IMG/VR virus record: IMGVR_UViG_3300027963_000035 | Span: 124,001-188,000 of that record | Direction: 5' to 3' (one strand) | Length of the DNA stretch: 64,000 nt | Part shown: positions 1 to 10,646 of the stretch, piece after piece | How the letters are laid out: each line of letters begins with the position of its first letter | Numbering within the stretch: position 1 is the stretch's first letter | Program-made: the position numbers and the translations under genes | Notes under the pieces: model-generated | What the model saw: only the letters and a program-made list of their open reading frames with translations | Told to the model about the DNA's origin: nothing | The model's database searches: none

Positions 1-536
1 AATCCCTCGCCCTCTCCTTTGTGATCGAGGTTATAATCACGGATTTGCTTATCTTTTAAATCATAAAAGAGGGCGTTAATGTTGAGATCTCTGCGTTTTG
101 CATCCAAACCCGGGCTGCTATATGAGACTTTATCGGGTCTTCTTCCATCTCCTTTTTCTGGATCGTAAAACTCGGTCCTGAATGTTGCTATTTCGAATTC
201 TTTTCCATTTATAATGGCGCTTATTACACCAAAACTTTCTCCTTTTGGAAAAACTTTTATTCCATTCTCTACTGCTTCTTTAGAACTCAGTATTTTGATC
301 ACCTGATCCGGTGTTTGATCCGTTGCCAGGTCAACATCTTTCGGATTATACGGAACATGCTTTTGATGAAATATGTGATACAAGTAATCTCTTATTGCGC
401 CACCAACTGCGTATAATTTTGCTCCAAATTTTTTAAATATATCACTTAAAATGTCTACTTCTGATGGCATTGGTATGGAAGCACTCATTGCATGGTACTG
501 TTCTTCCTCTTTTAGTAGCCAATTTTTGAATTTCAT
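1..536 (-). CDS. cca: CCA-adding enzyme / poly(A) polymerase family tRNA nucleotidyltransferase, 3' part beyond window edge
   Basis: Manual translation from ATG at 536: MKFKNWLLKEE...YAVGGAIRD...KDVDLAT...FEIATFRTE...DAKRRDLNINALFYD, the class II nucleotidyltransferase head motifs. Absent from the ORF track because it is truncated. Confidence 0.9.
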   Translation of the reverse strand, partial: MKFKNWLLKEEEQYHAMSASIPMPSEVDILSDIFKKFGAKLYAVGGAIRDYLYHIFHQKHVPYNPKDVDLATDQTPDQVIKILSSKEAVENGIKVFPKGESFGVISAIINGKEFEIATFRTEFYDPEKGDGRRPDKVSYSSPGLDAKRRDLNINALFYDLKDKQIRDYNLDHKGEGEG

Positions 537-687
537 GTTATTTTTGCTCAACATTTGATGGTTTCCAATATATACTATGGAAATAGTAATAAAATTGATC
601 AAAATCACTAAAATCAATTGAATATTAGCTTAAAATATACAAATATAAAAGTAAAATTGCTTTACATAGGCCAAAAAAGGATAAAAA

Positions 688-1317
688 ATGAAAATTTTCA
701 AGAGCTTAGTCTTAATTTTGTTGATTTCTTGTGCAATTTTGTGTTTTTTAAATGAAAATCACACCAAACAGAGCAATATCAAGCAATCTTTTGAGGTAAA
801 TAAGCCCTATCTTAGTGTTTTGAAGGATTTTTCAACAAAAAATTCACTAGAAAAAATAGTTGAGCAAAACAATGCTGTTCTACTGGACAAAAAATGGGAG
901 TATTTAAATCTTGAAGTGGTGAGAATCCGCAAACCAAGACAATGGAACGTTGATGGAAGATTAATTTTTACTATTGAGACCAAGGATAGCGACTTGGGCA
1001 AACAAAAATTAAAGTTTTATCAAGATATTAATCTAAAAAACAACGTTATGATCATAAAAACTAGTCTAGTTTCACCTGGCAAGAACATAATTGTATGTGA
1101 AAGAACTATAAAATTCTTTGAAGAAGACCAAAAAGATAAAACCTTAGTTGAAATCGAGAGTAAACTCTTGGTAAAGAAAATGGTTCCAAAGTTTTTTATT
1201 AAGAATATGGATAAAAAAGTTGATGAAAACAATATGAAAGAAGTCGAGAACTTAAAGAATAATATTTTAGAAGCAACTAAAGGCCAAAATGCCATAATTA
1301 GCATACCAATCAATTGA
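688..1317 (+). CDS. hypothetical protein with N-terminal signal/TM segment
   Basis: 209 aa ORF, hydrophobic N-terminus, AAGGA upstream. Confidence 0.7.
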   Translation: MKIFKSLVLILLISCAILCFLNENHTKQSNIKQSFEVNKPYLSVLKDFSTKNSLEKIVEQNNAVLLDKKWEYLNLEVVRIRKPRQWNVDGRLIFTIETKDSDLGKQKLKFYQDINLKNNVMIIKTSLVSPGKNIIVCERTIKFFEEDQKDKTLVEIESKLLVKKMVPKFFIKNMDKKVDENNMKEVENLKNNILEATKGQNAIISIPIN

Positions 1318-1384
1318 ATATTCTCTAAAATATTACTATATAAGATTAAGCATCTTATACAATCAAAGCAAAATGAGGATAAAA

Positions 1385-2197
1385 ATGTCTTTTTTTCAAA
1401 ATTTATTTAATTCGGAATTCAGGGGAAACTGGACCTTAGACGATAAGAAATATTCACTAACGTTCACATGTCCTGCAAATAAAAATAGCTCTAATTTTCA
1501 ATCAACTTATAATGTTGGTCCATGGGATTTAGACGGTAAAGAAATTTTGACATTAAATTACGCATATGACACCGAATTTAGAAATTACTCAGCTCTTTCA
1601 ATTGATGTGTCGGGAACAAATTCATCGGCTACGACACCAAAAGAAATTTGTGATGCATTGAACTCAAATGTAACATTCTCAAGTATGTTTTATGCCAATG
1701 TGAATGGATCCGCTGTAGTTATTACTGCTAAACAAAACAGAAATACAAGAGAAATAAAGTTATGGATAAGCAATACCGGGGCTGAACAATTGTTGGGCTT
1801 TAATAAAAAGGCTGGGGTTTCTGAATTACCCTCTTATTTTGCAAGACACACAATCGAAAACAGATTTAATTTTCCTGATTCGGCTGGACAACTCGTTCTT
1901 CTTGATGAAAATGATTCGGCAGATCAAGATATCATAGAGAGTGCCGGATTCTCGCCTTCCGATATGAAACAAGACTGGGAATTGATAGCAGGCAGAGCAT
2001 CTGGACTATTTACTTGCCAAAAATTGACTGTGGACGGCAGCGATAGAATAACACAAATAATAGAGTATCCCACCGGTGCTGTTGCCGGTGCCTTCGCCAG
2101 AAAGATAACCTACACATACTCTGGAACCAACGTCAATCCGAATACTGTAACAGAGATTCCATATGTGTTGGCCGATGCCGATTTGGTTACTCCGTAA
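1385..2197 (+). CDS. hypothetical protein, possibly virion-associated
   Basis: Long ORF. Start moved to MSFFQ after GAGGA. Gly/Thr/Asn-rich, beta-strand-like composition. Confidence 0.65.
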   Translation: MSFFQNLFNSEFRGNWTLDDKKYSLTFTCPANKNSSNFQSTYNVGPWDLDGKEILTLNYAYDTEFRNYSALSIDVSGTNSSATTPKEICDALNSNVTFSSMFYANVNGSAVVITAKQNRNTREIKLWISNTGAEQLLGFNKKAGVSELPSYFARHTIENRFNFPDSAGQLVLLDENDSADQDIIESAGFSPSDMKQDWELIAGRASGLFTCQKLTVDGSDRITQIIEYPTGAVAGAFARKITYTYSGTNVNPNTVTEIPYVLADADLVTP

Positions 2198-2233
2198 CGC
2201 CTCCTAAAAATCTTTTCATGGAGGTTTTAAAAT

Positions 2234-3178
2234 ATGTCAAAACAACCAAAATCCATCAGAGCCCTATCAGAATGTAACCATGGTAGCCTTGTATTTGGGG
2301 CCAGTGGTAAGTATATTTCTTATGCCGGTAGTAATGATTGGGCTTTGGGGACAGGGGATTTCTGCATCGAATGGTGGCAATATCAAACACAAGCTTCGCC
2401 CCCAATGTATAGCAGATTATTTCAAGTGGGCGAGTGGAGCACTCATTCAATAGCTGTAAGTATTGAAAGTGGCAATTTTTTACTTTGGGTAAATAACGGG
2501 AGTGCGTATGGTCCAGTAACTTTATCAAATTATTTAAATCAATGGGTCCACTTTGCAGTGGTAAGACAAAGCGGAGTCTCCTCTGTCTATAAAAATGGAA
2601 CTAGAATATTAAATGTCTCAACACCTAACAACGTAACAAATTCAAGTGATCAATTACAAATAGGATACGGTAGCGGAAATTACTGGAATGGTAAAATAAC
2701 CAATTTTAGATGGGTCAAGGGAAACTCGGTATACGACGGAACACAGAGCTCAATAACAGTTCCAACTTCTGAATTACCTGTTGTAACTGGCACCAAACTT
2801 TTATTGCTGACTAATAGTTCTGGGGCTTATCTAGATGATAGTAGCGGACTTGGAAAGATTGCCACTAACAACGGATCGGTTTCTTGGGAAGGTTCAAGTT
2901 TTTTATGTGAAGAGACTATAACAACCACAACCACAACAACCACCACAACTACGGCTTCTCCGTTATCTCAAACCAAAATTATTAGATCTCATGGTCATAA
3001 CAAGCTGACAAAGAACGTGAACCATAGATTTTGGAAAAGACCATTATATAGACTTCCAAAACAAATATTAAATTTAAGATTAAGCACAACACATGTTGGC
3101 AGCCCAGTAACAAGGATTTTGGCCGAGAATAGAGACGTAATCTCCGCCGAAGACGGATCCCCAATAGCAGCTGATTGA
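2234..3178 (+). CDS. LamG/concanavalin A-like lectin domain protein with Thr-rich linker
   Basis: GTGDFCIEWW, NQWVHFAVVR, YKNG, GKITNFR pattern; poly-Thr tract. Confidence 0.8.
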   Translation: MSKQPKSIRALSECNHGSLVFGASGKYISYAGSNDWALGTGDFCIEWWQYQTQASPPMYSRLFQVGEWSTHSIAVSIESGNFLLWVNNGSAYGPVTLSNYLNQWVHFAVVRQSGVSSVYKNGTRILNVSTPNNVTNSSDQLQIGYGSGNYWNGKITNFRWVKGNSVYDGTQSSITVPTSELPVVTGTKLLLLTNSSGAYLDDSSGLGKIATNNGSVSWEGSSFLCEETITTTTTTTTTTTASPLSQTKIIRSHGHNKLTKNVNHRFWKRPLYRLPKQILNLRLSTTHVGSPVTRILAENRDVISAEDGSPIAAD

Positions 3179-3214
3179 ATAGATTGATTGATTGCCGGTG
3201 AGTCACAACTGATT

Positions 3215-3682
3215 CTAAGTAGGTTGGACAGGGATAGCTTCAATTAAAATAGCTCTCCAAAAAATATTTTCAATATTTTCTACTTTACGACCATCTACCA
3301 ATATATTTTCTCCTAAAAATTTTTCTATATTCTTATTAGAAGGTAAAAATTTAGCATCGGTTAAAAAATCATAGTCACTATACTTTATTTTTTTAGTATT
3401 ATAATCTTTAGCTAACTGCTCAGCCTCTGCTCTAGTTTTCCAAGACCCTATTACACGTGAACCTATTGCCCATAAATTGATTTTTTGATTTTGATTATAT
3501 TGTGCAATATATGTTTTAATTTTTATGTATACTTCTTTTGATTTTTCTTCAAAATCCTGAAAATTAAAAACTTCTTTTTTATTCTTTATTACTGGTATTT
3601 TAGATAAATTAAGTTTTTCCATCCAAAAAGGGCCGTAAATATCAAATAATTCTTTTTCGGTATAGTTTTTCCCTATTTCCAT
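3215..3682 (-). CDS. putative minimal nucleotidyltransferase (Pol-beta fold)
   Basis: WAIGSRVIG ... SDYD motif. Confidence 0.55.
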   Translation of the reverse strand: MEIGKNYTEKELFDIYGPFWMEKLNLSKIPVIKNKKEVFNFQDFEEKSKEVYIKIKTYIAQYNQNQKINLWAIGSRVIGSWKTRAEAEQLAKDYNTKKIKYSDYDFLTDAKFLPSNKNIEKFLGENILVDGRKVENIENIFWRAILIEAIPVQPT

Positions 3683-3722
3683 AAATAATCAATACCGTCT
3701 CCGTTCTCTGCTACAGAGAGAC

Positions 3723-6700
3723 TCAAATTCCAGGTTCTTCAGTTGTTGTTGTGGTTGTTGTTCCTGGATATGGCATGGTTATTGTCACCGTTGCCGCCGG
3801 TCCACAATTATATATATCATTATTACATGCCGATACGGTAAAAGTGACTTCTGCCCCAGGTACACAGCAGTTGAAAATAGCATCAGCATCCGCCAGATCA
3901 CTATACGATAATGTTCTACTTGATCCGCCGCCCGGCTGGAGCCCAATTCCCTCGTCCACCAGGCCCCCTCCAAGTACACCTATAGCATATGATGATAATT
4001 CGAAATCTCCTGAATCCAAGGGAGCATCCCAACTAAAATATACGCTACTGCTTTCAAAAGATGGAACTGCGTTGAAGTTTTGTGGGGCGCTTGGTTTAAC
4101 ATAAGAATTGGTTATATCAAGCGAATCTTCTGCAAATTCTCCACATAAATAATATGTATCTTCGGTTGAGCCGTGGCAAGCACTCAATTGAGCGGTAATT
4201 AATCCAGAGATTGGCCCTAAATCATTGGCAGGATTAATATTATATGTGTTGCCCGTAATATCTTCGTCTCCATAAATTAACTCCCCAGAATTATAAATTT
4301 CAAATCTGTATGAGTCTACACTTTGCCCTCCATCTGATGACGGCGGATCCCAAGACAAAGATATTAATCCATCTTCTGGATTTGTTATCGAGAAGTTTGT
4401 TGGGCTTCCAGGTGCTTGTGTCGTGGTTGGCTCCTCTGTTGTTGTAGTTGTGGTGGTGGTTGTAGTTGGGGCTACTGTTGTGGTAGTTGGGGCTACTGTT
4501 GTGGTAGTTGGGGCTACTGTTGTGGTAGTTGGGGCTACTGTTGTGGTAGTTGGGGCTACTGTTGTGGTAGTTGGGGCTACTGTTGTCGAAGATACAACTT
4601 TAGAAGGATATGAATACAATACTTGTGAGCATACCGTTACTGCTGGGATCCACGCTCCTCTTCGGGATGACCCAGATGATAGGGATCCTTTTAACTTTGT
4701 GCCCGGATCTACATATTTCCATGTAGAGCATCCACACGAGTTTAAAGTTGAACCTATTTTCAAATCTTTATTATGTTTTAAACATCTTATATTTGTATCA
4801 CAATTTGTGCTTCCACAAGATTTTGGCTCAACTTCATCGTAGATAACATCTAAGAATTTTTTGGCCACTATGGTAGCATTTTCTGTTGTAAGCTCAGTAT
4901 TATTTCCAAGGCTTACTATTAAATAGTAAATATCCTTCCTATCAGATAAACCCTGTAGACAATGGTCATCAAATTCTGACGTTTCGTCGTATAGTTGAGT
5001 TATTCCATCCGGACTTCCCGGAACTATAATTATATGGCTCAACGAAGGATCATCAAGAGGATTTGATGTGGGCGCATCAAAAGAGCATTTTAGGTAACAT
5101 GAGTAACCCTTCCCCCTAGAACTTACCTCAAACACATCAGCAGATATTGTTCTTTCTCCATTGCCCGCAGCACCAGTTATTGAAAATTCTCCCATGTTTA
5201 TATTTCTTGCAACCAAAACAAATAATCCTGGATACATATTGGTGAAATAACTGCTTCCTTCTCCAAAATAATCTGTTCCACTTTTGACTTCTCCGTCGAA
5301 TACTGTTGGTTTATAACCGTAATAATAAATATTATCAAAATCATAATTAGATTGATAGGCTGCTTGTGTGTGAGTGGAGGGCGTGGCGTAAAAAGTGACC
5401 CCAGGCTCATAGGAATCTTGTCCAAATATTCCTCCCTCTTTTAATTCGCTGTATGGGGGCACAACTTCTTCGTTACCATCGATGACATATAGATGGACGT
5501 CCGTGTTAATGAAATTTCCCCAATCATATAAATCATTTCCCCCATCTTTAATTCCAAGAGTGTTGACTTCTATTGGCAATCCAAAGCTGCCGGGAACACC
5601 TAAATGATTTAATTTTACAATATTTCTTCTGGGTTTAGAGAACAGTCCGGCAGCCCATATGCTATTGTCTCCCAAATATTTTATTTGAGTTACTCCGAAA
5701 TCAAAAGAAGTTGAAGTTGCAAACGAACTATCTAATGTGCCATCTGTGTTTAATCTGCATATATTTCTGCTGGGAATTAATTCCTGGCCGTATAGGAGAT
5801 TATTAAAAAATCCGCCCACTAATATCTTGCCATCGTCTTGGGTGTCTATCGCATATACACCACGAGGCAGCCAGTCAATACCGTCTCCAATTTCAAAACC
5901 GGGCGCAAAATCCATGTCAAATCCTTGGAATCCACCGTTCCCATCAGATTTTAAACGCATTAGATCATAGCGTGAATCGCCGTCTTCTGCATTTAATAAA
6001 TTAAAATATCCTCCGATCAAAACGTCTCCGCTAGATTCTTCGTGAAAACAAAAAATCCCAGGAAAAGGACCATCTGCATTAATAGAAATATCAATTTCAA
6101 CTGCATCGCTTGCGTCCGAGTTCATTAAAATCAAAATTGTCTTTGACAATAATTCTGAGTATGTTGGAACTAGTATTTTCCCGTTACTTAGAACCTTTGC
6201 TATTTCTGTATTATTTTCATTAAATTGATAATTTGAACCTGAGTCATATAAATCCAAAAAGTTACTATTAAAGGTGATATCTAGTTCGCCCGGAACATCT
6301 GCATTTGCATCGCTGAGTATTTTGCAAACAGAGGCAACTGGAGTACTGACAGAATTATTTTCATAATTATTTGTATGCGTATTAAAAGTGTCTGCCCAAC
6401 TATTTACAATTATAGAATCATCCTCTGTTACATTTAATTGATGTATTGAGTAATCAAAAGAAACTGAAAATGTTGGGTCTATAGATCCATCCGTGTTTAA
6501 TCTGACTATATTACGATGCTCAACGTCACCAGATGCAGCGATGAATTCAAAATTGCCTCCTACGAGTATCTTACCATCAGATTGTATCGCTGTTGACAGG
6601 CTTTGTCCCCCGCCACCTCCGCCATTGGATCCTTCTCCAAAGTTGAACCAATCTCCAAATTGCGGAGCTTGAAAAGTTTCATCGACAGTGCCATCTTGGT

Positions 6701-6947
6701 TGATTCTAATAACTCCATACCCATGCTCAAAGAAAAAAGTAGTCCCCCACGCTCCTCTTATATCTTCTCCAAAAACTCCTGCTAAAATTAGTTTGCCATC
6801 AGATTGGACAGATATCGATGAAACATTTGTCGATCCCAAATCACTGACTGCTGGGTCGTCACTGAAATAGAATAAGTTGTCTATACTATTCGTTATTTCG
6901 TGATATTTTGAGTTTAAATTGGATAAATTTTTATTTATACTTGTCAT
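3723..6947 (-). CDS. large delta-60 repeat (DUF5122-like) beta-propeller protein with Thr-rich repeat and two FN3-like domains
   Basis: Repeated (V/I)QSDGKILVGG...RLNxDGsxD units; (VAPTTTT)6; PGSPTNF..LSWDPPSSDGG and PSAPQNF..FSWDAP FN3 patterns. Confidence 0.8.
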   Translation of the reverse strand: MTSINKNLSNLNSKYHEITNSIDNLFYFSDDPAVSDLGSTNVSSISVQSDGKLILAGVFGEDIRGAWGTTFFFEHGYGVIRINQDGTVDETFQAPQFGDWFNFGEGSNGGGGGGQSLSTAIQSDGKILVGGNFEFIAASGDVEHRNIVRLNTDGSIDPTFSVSFDYSIHQLNVTEDDSIIVNSWADTFNTHTNNYENNSVSTPVASVCKILSDANADVPGELDITFNSNFLDLYDSGSNYQFNENNTEIAKVLSNGKILVPTYSELLSKTILILMNSDASDAVEIDISINADGPFPGIFCFHEESSGDVLIGGYFNLLNAEDGDSRYDLMRLKSDGNGGFQGFDMDFAPGFEIGDGIDWLPRGVYAIDTQDDGKILVGGFFNNLLYGQELIPSRNICRLNTDGTLDSSFATSTSFDFGVTQIKYLGDNSIWAAGLFSKPRRNIVKLNHLGVPGSFGLPIEVNTLGIKDGGNDLYDWGNFINTDVHLYVIDGNEEVVPPYSELKEGGIFGQDSYEPGVTFYATPSTHTQAAYQSNYDFDNIYYYGYKPTVFDGEVKSGTDYFGEGSSYFTNMYPGLFVLVARNINMGEFSITGAAGNGERTISADVFEVSSRGKGYSCYLKCSFDAPTSNPLDDPSLSHIIIVPGSPDGITQLYDETSEFDDHCLQGLSDRKDIYYLIVSLGNNTELTTENATIVAKKFLDVIYDEVEPKSCGSTNCDTNIRCLKHNKDLKIGSTLNSCGCSTWKYVDPGTKLKGSLSSGSSRRGAWIPAVTVCSQVLYSYPSKVVSSTTVAPTTTTVAPTTTTVAPTTTTVAPTTTTVAPTTTTVAPTTTTTTTTTTEEPTTTQAPGSPTNFSITNPEDGLISLSWDPPSSDGGQSVDSYRFEIYNSGELIYGDEDITGNTYNINPANDLGPISGLITAQLSACHGSTEDTYYLCGEFAEDSLDITNSYVKPSAPQNFNAVPSFESSSVYFSWDAPLDSGDFELSSYAIGVLGGGLVDEGIGLQPGGGSSRTLSYSDLADADAIFNCCVPGAEVTFTVSACNNDIYNCGPAATVTITMPYPGTTTTTTTEEPGI
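4462..4586. repeat. 21-bp tandem repeat x6 encoding VAPTTTT
   Basis: gtagttggggctactgttgtg units at 4462, 4483, 4504, 4525, 4546, 4567. Confidence 0.95.
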
Positions 6948-6956
6948 ATTTCCTCT

Positions 6957-7499
6957 TTATTTCTTGAATTTGGCGTTTAAAGCTTTTCTCTTATTCAAAA
7001 GCGATGTTTTCTTTCGGCAAAGCCAGAGATTCTCCATTAACTTGCTGCGGGATCTCATTGGACCTATATTCAGTATTTTGTCTATCACTTCTTGTCTAGA
7101 CTCAACTGTTTGATGCCTTATATTAAAACCATTTATTACTGATTCTTGATATGCTCTCTTATTCTCTAAGACAAATATGTCTATTGGCATTTTCTTATAT
7201 GAACCAATATATATTTTGACTTCAGGATGAAGATCAAATTTAACTAATTTTATATGTAAATCTTGATAACTTATCTCGGATGCAAAGTTTCCCTCTTCGT
7301 AGGGTATTCCGCACTTAGACAACAATAATTGATAATCTTGCTTATCTATTTCTAAATCAATATCTTTAAATACACCGAAAAATGAGCCGGCACCAGACAA
7401 ATGTATTCTATCGACCAGACTACCAGCAACCACGCTATTGGGTATAAAATTTATTATTTCTGAGACTATCTCCCAATTTTTAGGTAAAATTAATTTCAT
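6957..7499 (-). CDS. putative nucleotidyltransferase-fold protein
   Basis: VVAGS ... KDIDLEI ... IDIF motif spacing. Confidence 0.5.
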   Translation of the reverse strand: MKLILPKNWEIVSEIINFIPNSVVAGSLVDRIHLSGAGSFFGVFKDIDLEIDKQDYQLLLSKCGIPYEEGNFASEISYQDLHIKLVKFDLHPEVKIYIGSYKKMPIDIFVLENKRAYQESVINGFNIRHQTVESRQEVIDKILNIGPMRSRSKLMENLWLCRKKTSLLNKRKALNAKFKK

Positions 7500-7529
7500 T
7501 TTTTCTCCTGTTATCTACTCAGTTATTTA

Positions 7530-8009
7530 GTGCGCAGTAATAAAAAAATAAATAAAAATTATTGGTCTGTTTCTTTGCCTCATCCATTATCGCCCTCAGA
7601 TGGTGACGTGAAAATATATAGAAGTCATTTGATCCCTGGAAAAATTCTACTTCTCGGCTGCACACATAGACTCATAGAGTTTAGTGATCATCAAATGGAT
7701 ATTGATCCTTGGTATAATTCATCTACTGTAATAGTCGGTAATTGGATTAATAATAAGAAAAAATACAGCAATATTATTGGTGATGGTGTATTAAATTTTA
7801 CAAAAGAACTTTGCGACAATGTTTTAAATATGTGTAGTAAATTTTCTGATGTATTTATAACAAGAAGTTTTAACTATAAGTTGAAACCAATGAAGATAGC
7901 CAATCACTTCCCAAGCGAAAATGATTTTCTTATAAAGCCTAGTGAATATATTAAATTTGACGAATACTCTTTTTATATTTGGAGATTCTGTGAACAAAAC
8001 AATTTATGA
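7530..8009 (+). CDS. hypothetical protein, possible degenerate SAM-methyltransferase fold
   Basis: ILLLGCT ... MDID ... IIGDGVLNF. Confidence 0.45.
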   Translation: MRSNKKINKNYWSVSLPHPLSPSDGDVKIYRSHLIPGKILLLGCTHRLIEFSDHQMDIDPWYNSSTVIVGNWINNKKKYSNIIGDGVLNFTKELCDNVLNMCSKFSDVFITRSFNYKLKPMKIANHFPSENDFLIKPSEYIKFDEYSFYIWRFCEQNNL

Positions 8010-9021
8010 TAATGTGAAAAAATTACTTGATATTTTCGAAGAATCTCAATGGAACCACAAAGTTAATTATGAATATTTAAAAAATTTTAAAGTTATGACC
8101 AGAGAAGATCTAAGAAAAGTGGAGATGAGAAAAGACTTGTCTCGAACAAGAACATCTGGTTCGACCGGCGAGCCTGTTACTATTGCAAAAACTTCATTGG
8201 ATTTTATTTGGTATTTAGCAACCAACATAAGAGAAATTAAATGGAGAAAATGGGATGTGTCAAAGAACATAGCCATTATCAGGCCGGGCTCTAAAACTCT
8301 TGATATGAATTCATGGGGCATACCAAGGAACATAGAAAATACTCAGGGTAAAACTTTTAAAATAGGCTATTCCTCTGTCTCGGAACTACAGAAATGGTTA
8401 GAGGAAAAAAATCCTCATTACTTGCATTGTGCTCCATCCATTGTCGCCCAGTTAGACTTATCAAAAATTTCAAATTTAATCGATTATAAAGGAACAAGTG
8501 AAATGGGAGGGTCCATGTACTCCAGCGAGGAGTGCGGAACAATAAGCATCCAGTGCCCAGACAACCCCTCTGTTCAGCATGTGATGGAGAATCAAATTGT
8601 AGAGGTTGACGAAGATGGTGGAATAATAATAACTACTACCACCAATCCTTACATAAAAAGATATAAGCATGGAGACCATATAGAACTTGGAGAATGCACA
8701 TGCGGCAGAAAACTCCAAACAATCAAAAAAATCCACGGTAGAGTAAGAAATATGTTTGTTCTTCCAAATGGAGACAAAAAATGGCCACTTATAGGAAGCA
8801 GAGACTATTATGAGAAGTTTGGAATTAAAAGGTTTAAGATAATACAAACCACCCTGGGGGATCTTGAAATACAAATAATCTCTGAAAACCTTGGAAACAA
8901 AGAGAGTGAACTCAAAGATTTCATAAAAAGTTGGATTGAATCCCCAATAAATGTGCATGTTAAGTATGTGGACGAATTTCCCAACTATAAATTCGAAGAA
9001 TTTGTATCACTGGTTTCATAA
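7990..9021 (+). CDS. phenylacetate-CoA ligase (PaaK)-like ANL adenylating enzyme
   Basis: TSGSTGEP P-loop, YSSEECG, RYKHGD, C.CGR, HGR. GTG start after GGAG. Confidence 0.85.
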   Translation: MNKTIYDNVKKLLDIFEESQWNHKVNYEYLKNFKVMTREDLRKVEMRKDLSRTRTSGSTGEPVTIAKTSLDFIWYLATNIREIKWRKWDVSKNIAIIRPGSKTLDMNSWGIPRNIENTQGKTFKIGYSSVSELQKWLEEKNPHYLHCAPSIVAQLDLSKISNLIDYKGTSEMGGSMYSSEECGTISIQCPDNPSVQHVMENQIVEVDEDGGIIITTTTNPYIKRYKHGDHIELGECTCGRKLQTIKKIHGRVRNMFVLPNGDKKWPLIGSRDYYEKFGIKRFKIIQTTLGDLEIQIISENLGNKESELKDFIKSWIESPINVHVKYVDEFPNYKFEEFVSLVS

Positions 9022-9029
9022 ATAGTATT

Positions 9030-10313
9030 ATGAGTTTTAAAGTTTGGCTTGAAAGAAGCGAAGTATCCTCACCAGCATTATTTGAAAAAGTTAAACAGTT
9101 AAAAGGACTGTACTCTGGGGTTCATTTTTCAAAAACAGACTTCTTGAGTTTAAATCCAAATCCGAGCCACTTCGACCCAATAGGAGTTTATGTTTTCCCA
9201 AAAGATTATGTCTTGGGTCATGGTTTGTTTAAAAATAATATGTTTGCAAGTTACCCTTATGCGTTTTTAATCGAGCCATCAGAAAGTGCAAGAGTTTTAA
9301 ATCTCGATATGGACAGGATTACCGCCGAGAAGCTTTTAAGTGATATGGGAATAGATAAAAGCCTTTTAGATAGCGATGAGGTTTATCACAAGTCAAACAT
9401 GGATTCTCCTGGTCATCTTTTTTGGGGAGTTCTGGAACGAATAAGAAATCAAAAAGGACTACCCAGAAACTCTTCCTGGAACAGTTTCTTTAAAAAGACT
9501 GGGTATAACGTTTTATATGATCCTGGGTTGGGTGTAATTCATAGCAATGAACCCAATCAAGTTGTTTATTTAGATCCCAAGTCGTATAGAGTTGTAGATT
9601 TAATAACTAATGATGGTAATTATAAAATATTATATTCTATAGCTAAAAACTTTCCTGATTACCAATTATTTAAGAAAAAATCAAGGGGGTGGCAAAGTGA
9701 AGGTAGAACAGAAATAACACTTAGAGATAAAGATAGATATTCAACAATAGAATTATCCAACTCCAAAGAACATCCTAATAATGTTTGGGTTTCAATATAT
9801 GGATATAAAGATGAATTTAAAAAACAATTTGTTATAGAAAATAATGATGACTTAGTTGAAGTTATTGAGGAAATTAAAAGTTTCCTCAAGACAGAAAAAA
9901 ATGAAAGAAAGCCTGTATTATCAAATAATTACAGCAAGATGGAAGCTATATCCAATACTTATGGTCTTAAATACGACAAAGAATATCCTGGGATAATAGA
10001 AAAGAATTATAAAAATAATACAAAGTTCATAATCAATTATTATCCAAGTACTAAAAAAATAGAATTTAAAGTCAAAAAAGGATACGCTCCTGGTTCTTAT
10101 TACACGTTTTTTTATTACGTTGATATGGTGTCTTCTGATCCTAATGACCCAGTAGAAGACATTAAAGATTTGATACAAAAAATTAAAGAAAAGATAAAAG
10201 ATGATATAAAGGTTTTTAGATCATCTTCGAATCCTAGTGCTCAATATCAAGCAGAAGACGCTTTAAAGTTTGTTGAATTTCTCGAGAATAGAGTTTTTAT
10301 TAAAAGAAAATAA
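9030..10313 (+). CDS. hypothetical protein with capsid-targeting-like N-terminus
   Basis: 427 aa, starts MSFKVWLERSE, TAAATA just upstream. Confidence 0.7.
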   Translation: MSFKVWLERSEVSSPALFEKVKQLKGLYSGVHFSKTDFLSLNPNPSHFDPIGVYVFPKDYVLGHGLFKNNMFASYPYAFLIEPSESARVLNLDMDRITAEKLLSDMGIDKSLLDSDEVYHKSNMDSPGHLFWGVLERIRNQKGLPRNSSWNSFFKKTGYNVLYDPGLGVIHSNEPNQVVYLDPKSYRVVDLITNDGNYKILYSIAKNFPDYQLFKKKSRGWQSEGRTEITLRDKDRYSTIELSNSKEHPNNVWVSIYGYKDEFKKQFVIENNDDLVEVIEEIKSFLKTEKNERKPVLSNNYSKMEAISNTYGLKYDKEYPGIIEKNYKNNTKFIINYYPSTKKIEFKVKKGYAPGSYYTFFYYVDMVSSDPNDPVEDIKDLIQKIKEKIKDDIKVFRSSSNPSAQYQAEDALKFVEFLENRVFIKRK

Positions 10314-10316
10314 TTA

Positions 10317-10646
10317 ATGAAAGAAAAATATATCATAAACGAGTTTGATGAGTTTGCAAAAGAAATAAGAGAGATAGTCGCACGCAATATGGGAGCAGAT
10401 GATACCGAGGATATTGATAGTTATATAACTATTAATCAAGTAAAAGGCTTAATAATAGAGCACTCATCGAGCGTAAAGAACAACAAACCAGTAATTGATG
10501 AAGAAGGATTGTTTGATGCATGTGAAGACATACAAGGAATGATAATGGACGCAGGATTATCTAAATTAGCAGCCAAGGGAATAATAGAGTGTTGCTGGAG
10601 TGATGAGGACAACGACTTTGTATTTTGGGTGTCAAAAAATAAATGA
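10317..10646 (+). CDS. hypothetical protein (paralog of 54279..54659)
   Basis: C-termini ECCWSDEDNDFVF vs DCSFDNDTNDFHF. Confidence 0.65.
   Translation: MKEKYIINEFDEFAKEIREIVARNMGADDTEDIDSYITINQVKGLIIEHSSSVKNNKPVIDEEGLFDACEDIQGMIMDAGLSKLAAKGIIECCWSDEDNDFVFWVSKNK

Noticed and set aside
4416-4842. Val-rich and Cys/Gly/Trp-rich ORFs
   Set aside because: Antisense readings of the Thr-rich tandem repeat
9030-10313. ADP-ribosyltransferase call for the 427-aa protein
   Set aside because: An H..S / G.Y pattern is suggestive but too weak to assign by eye
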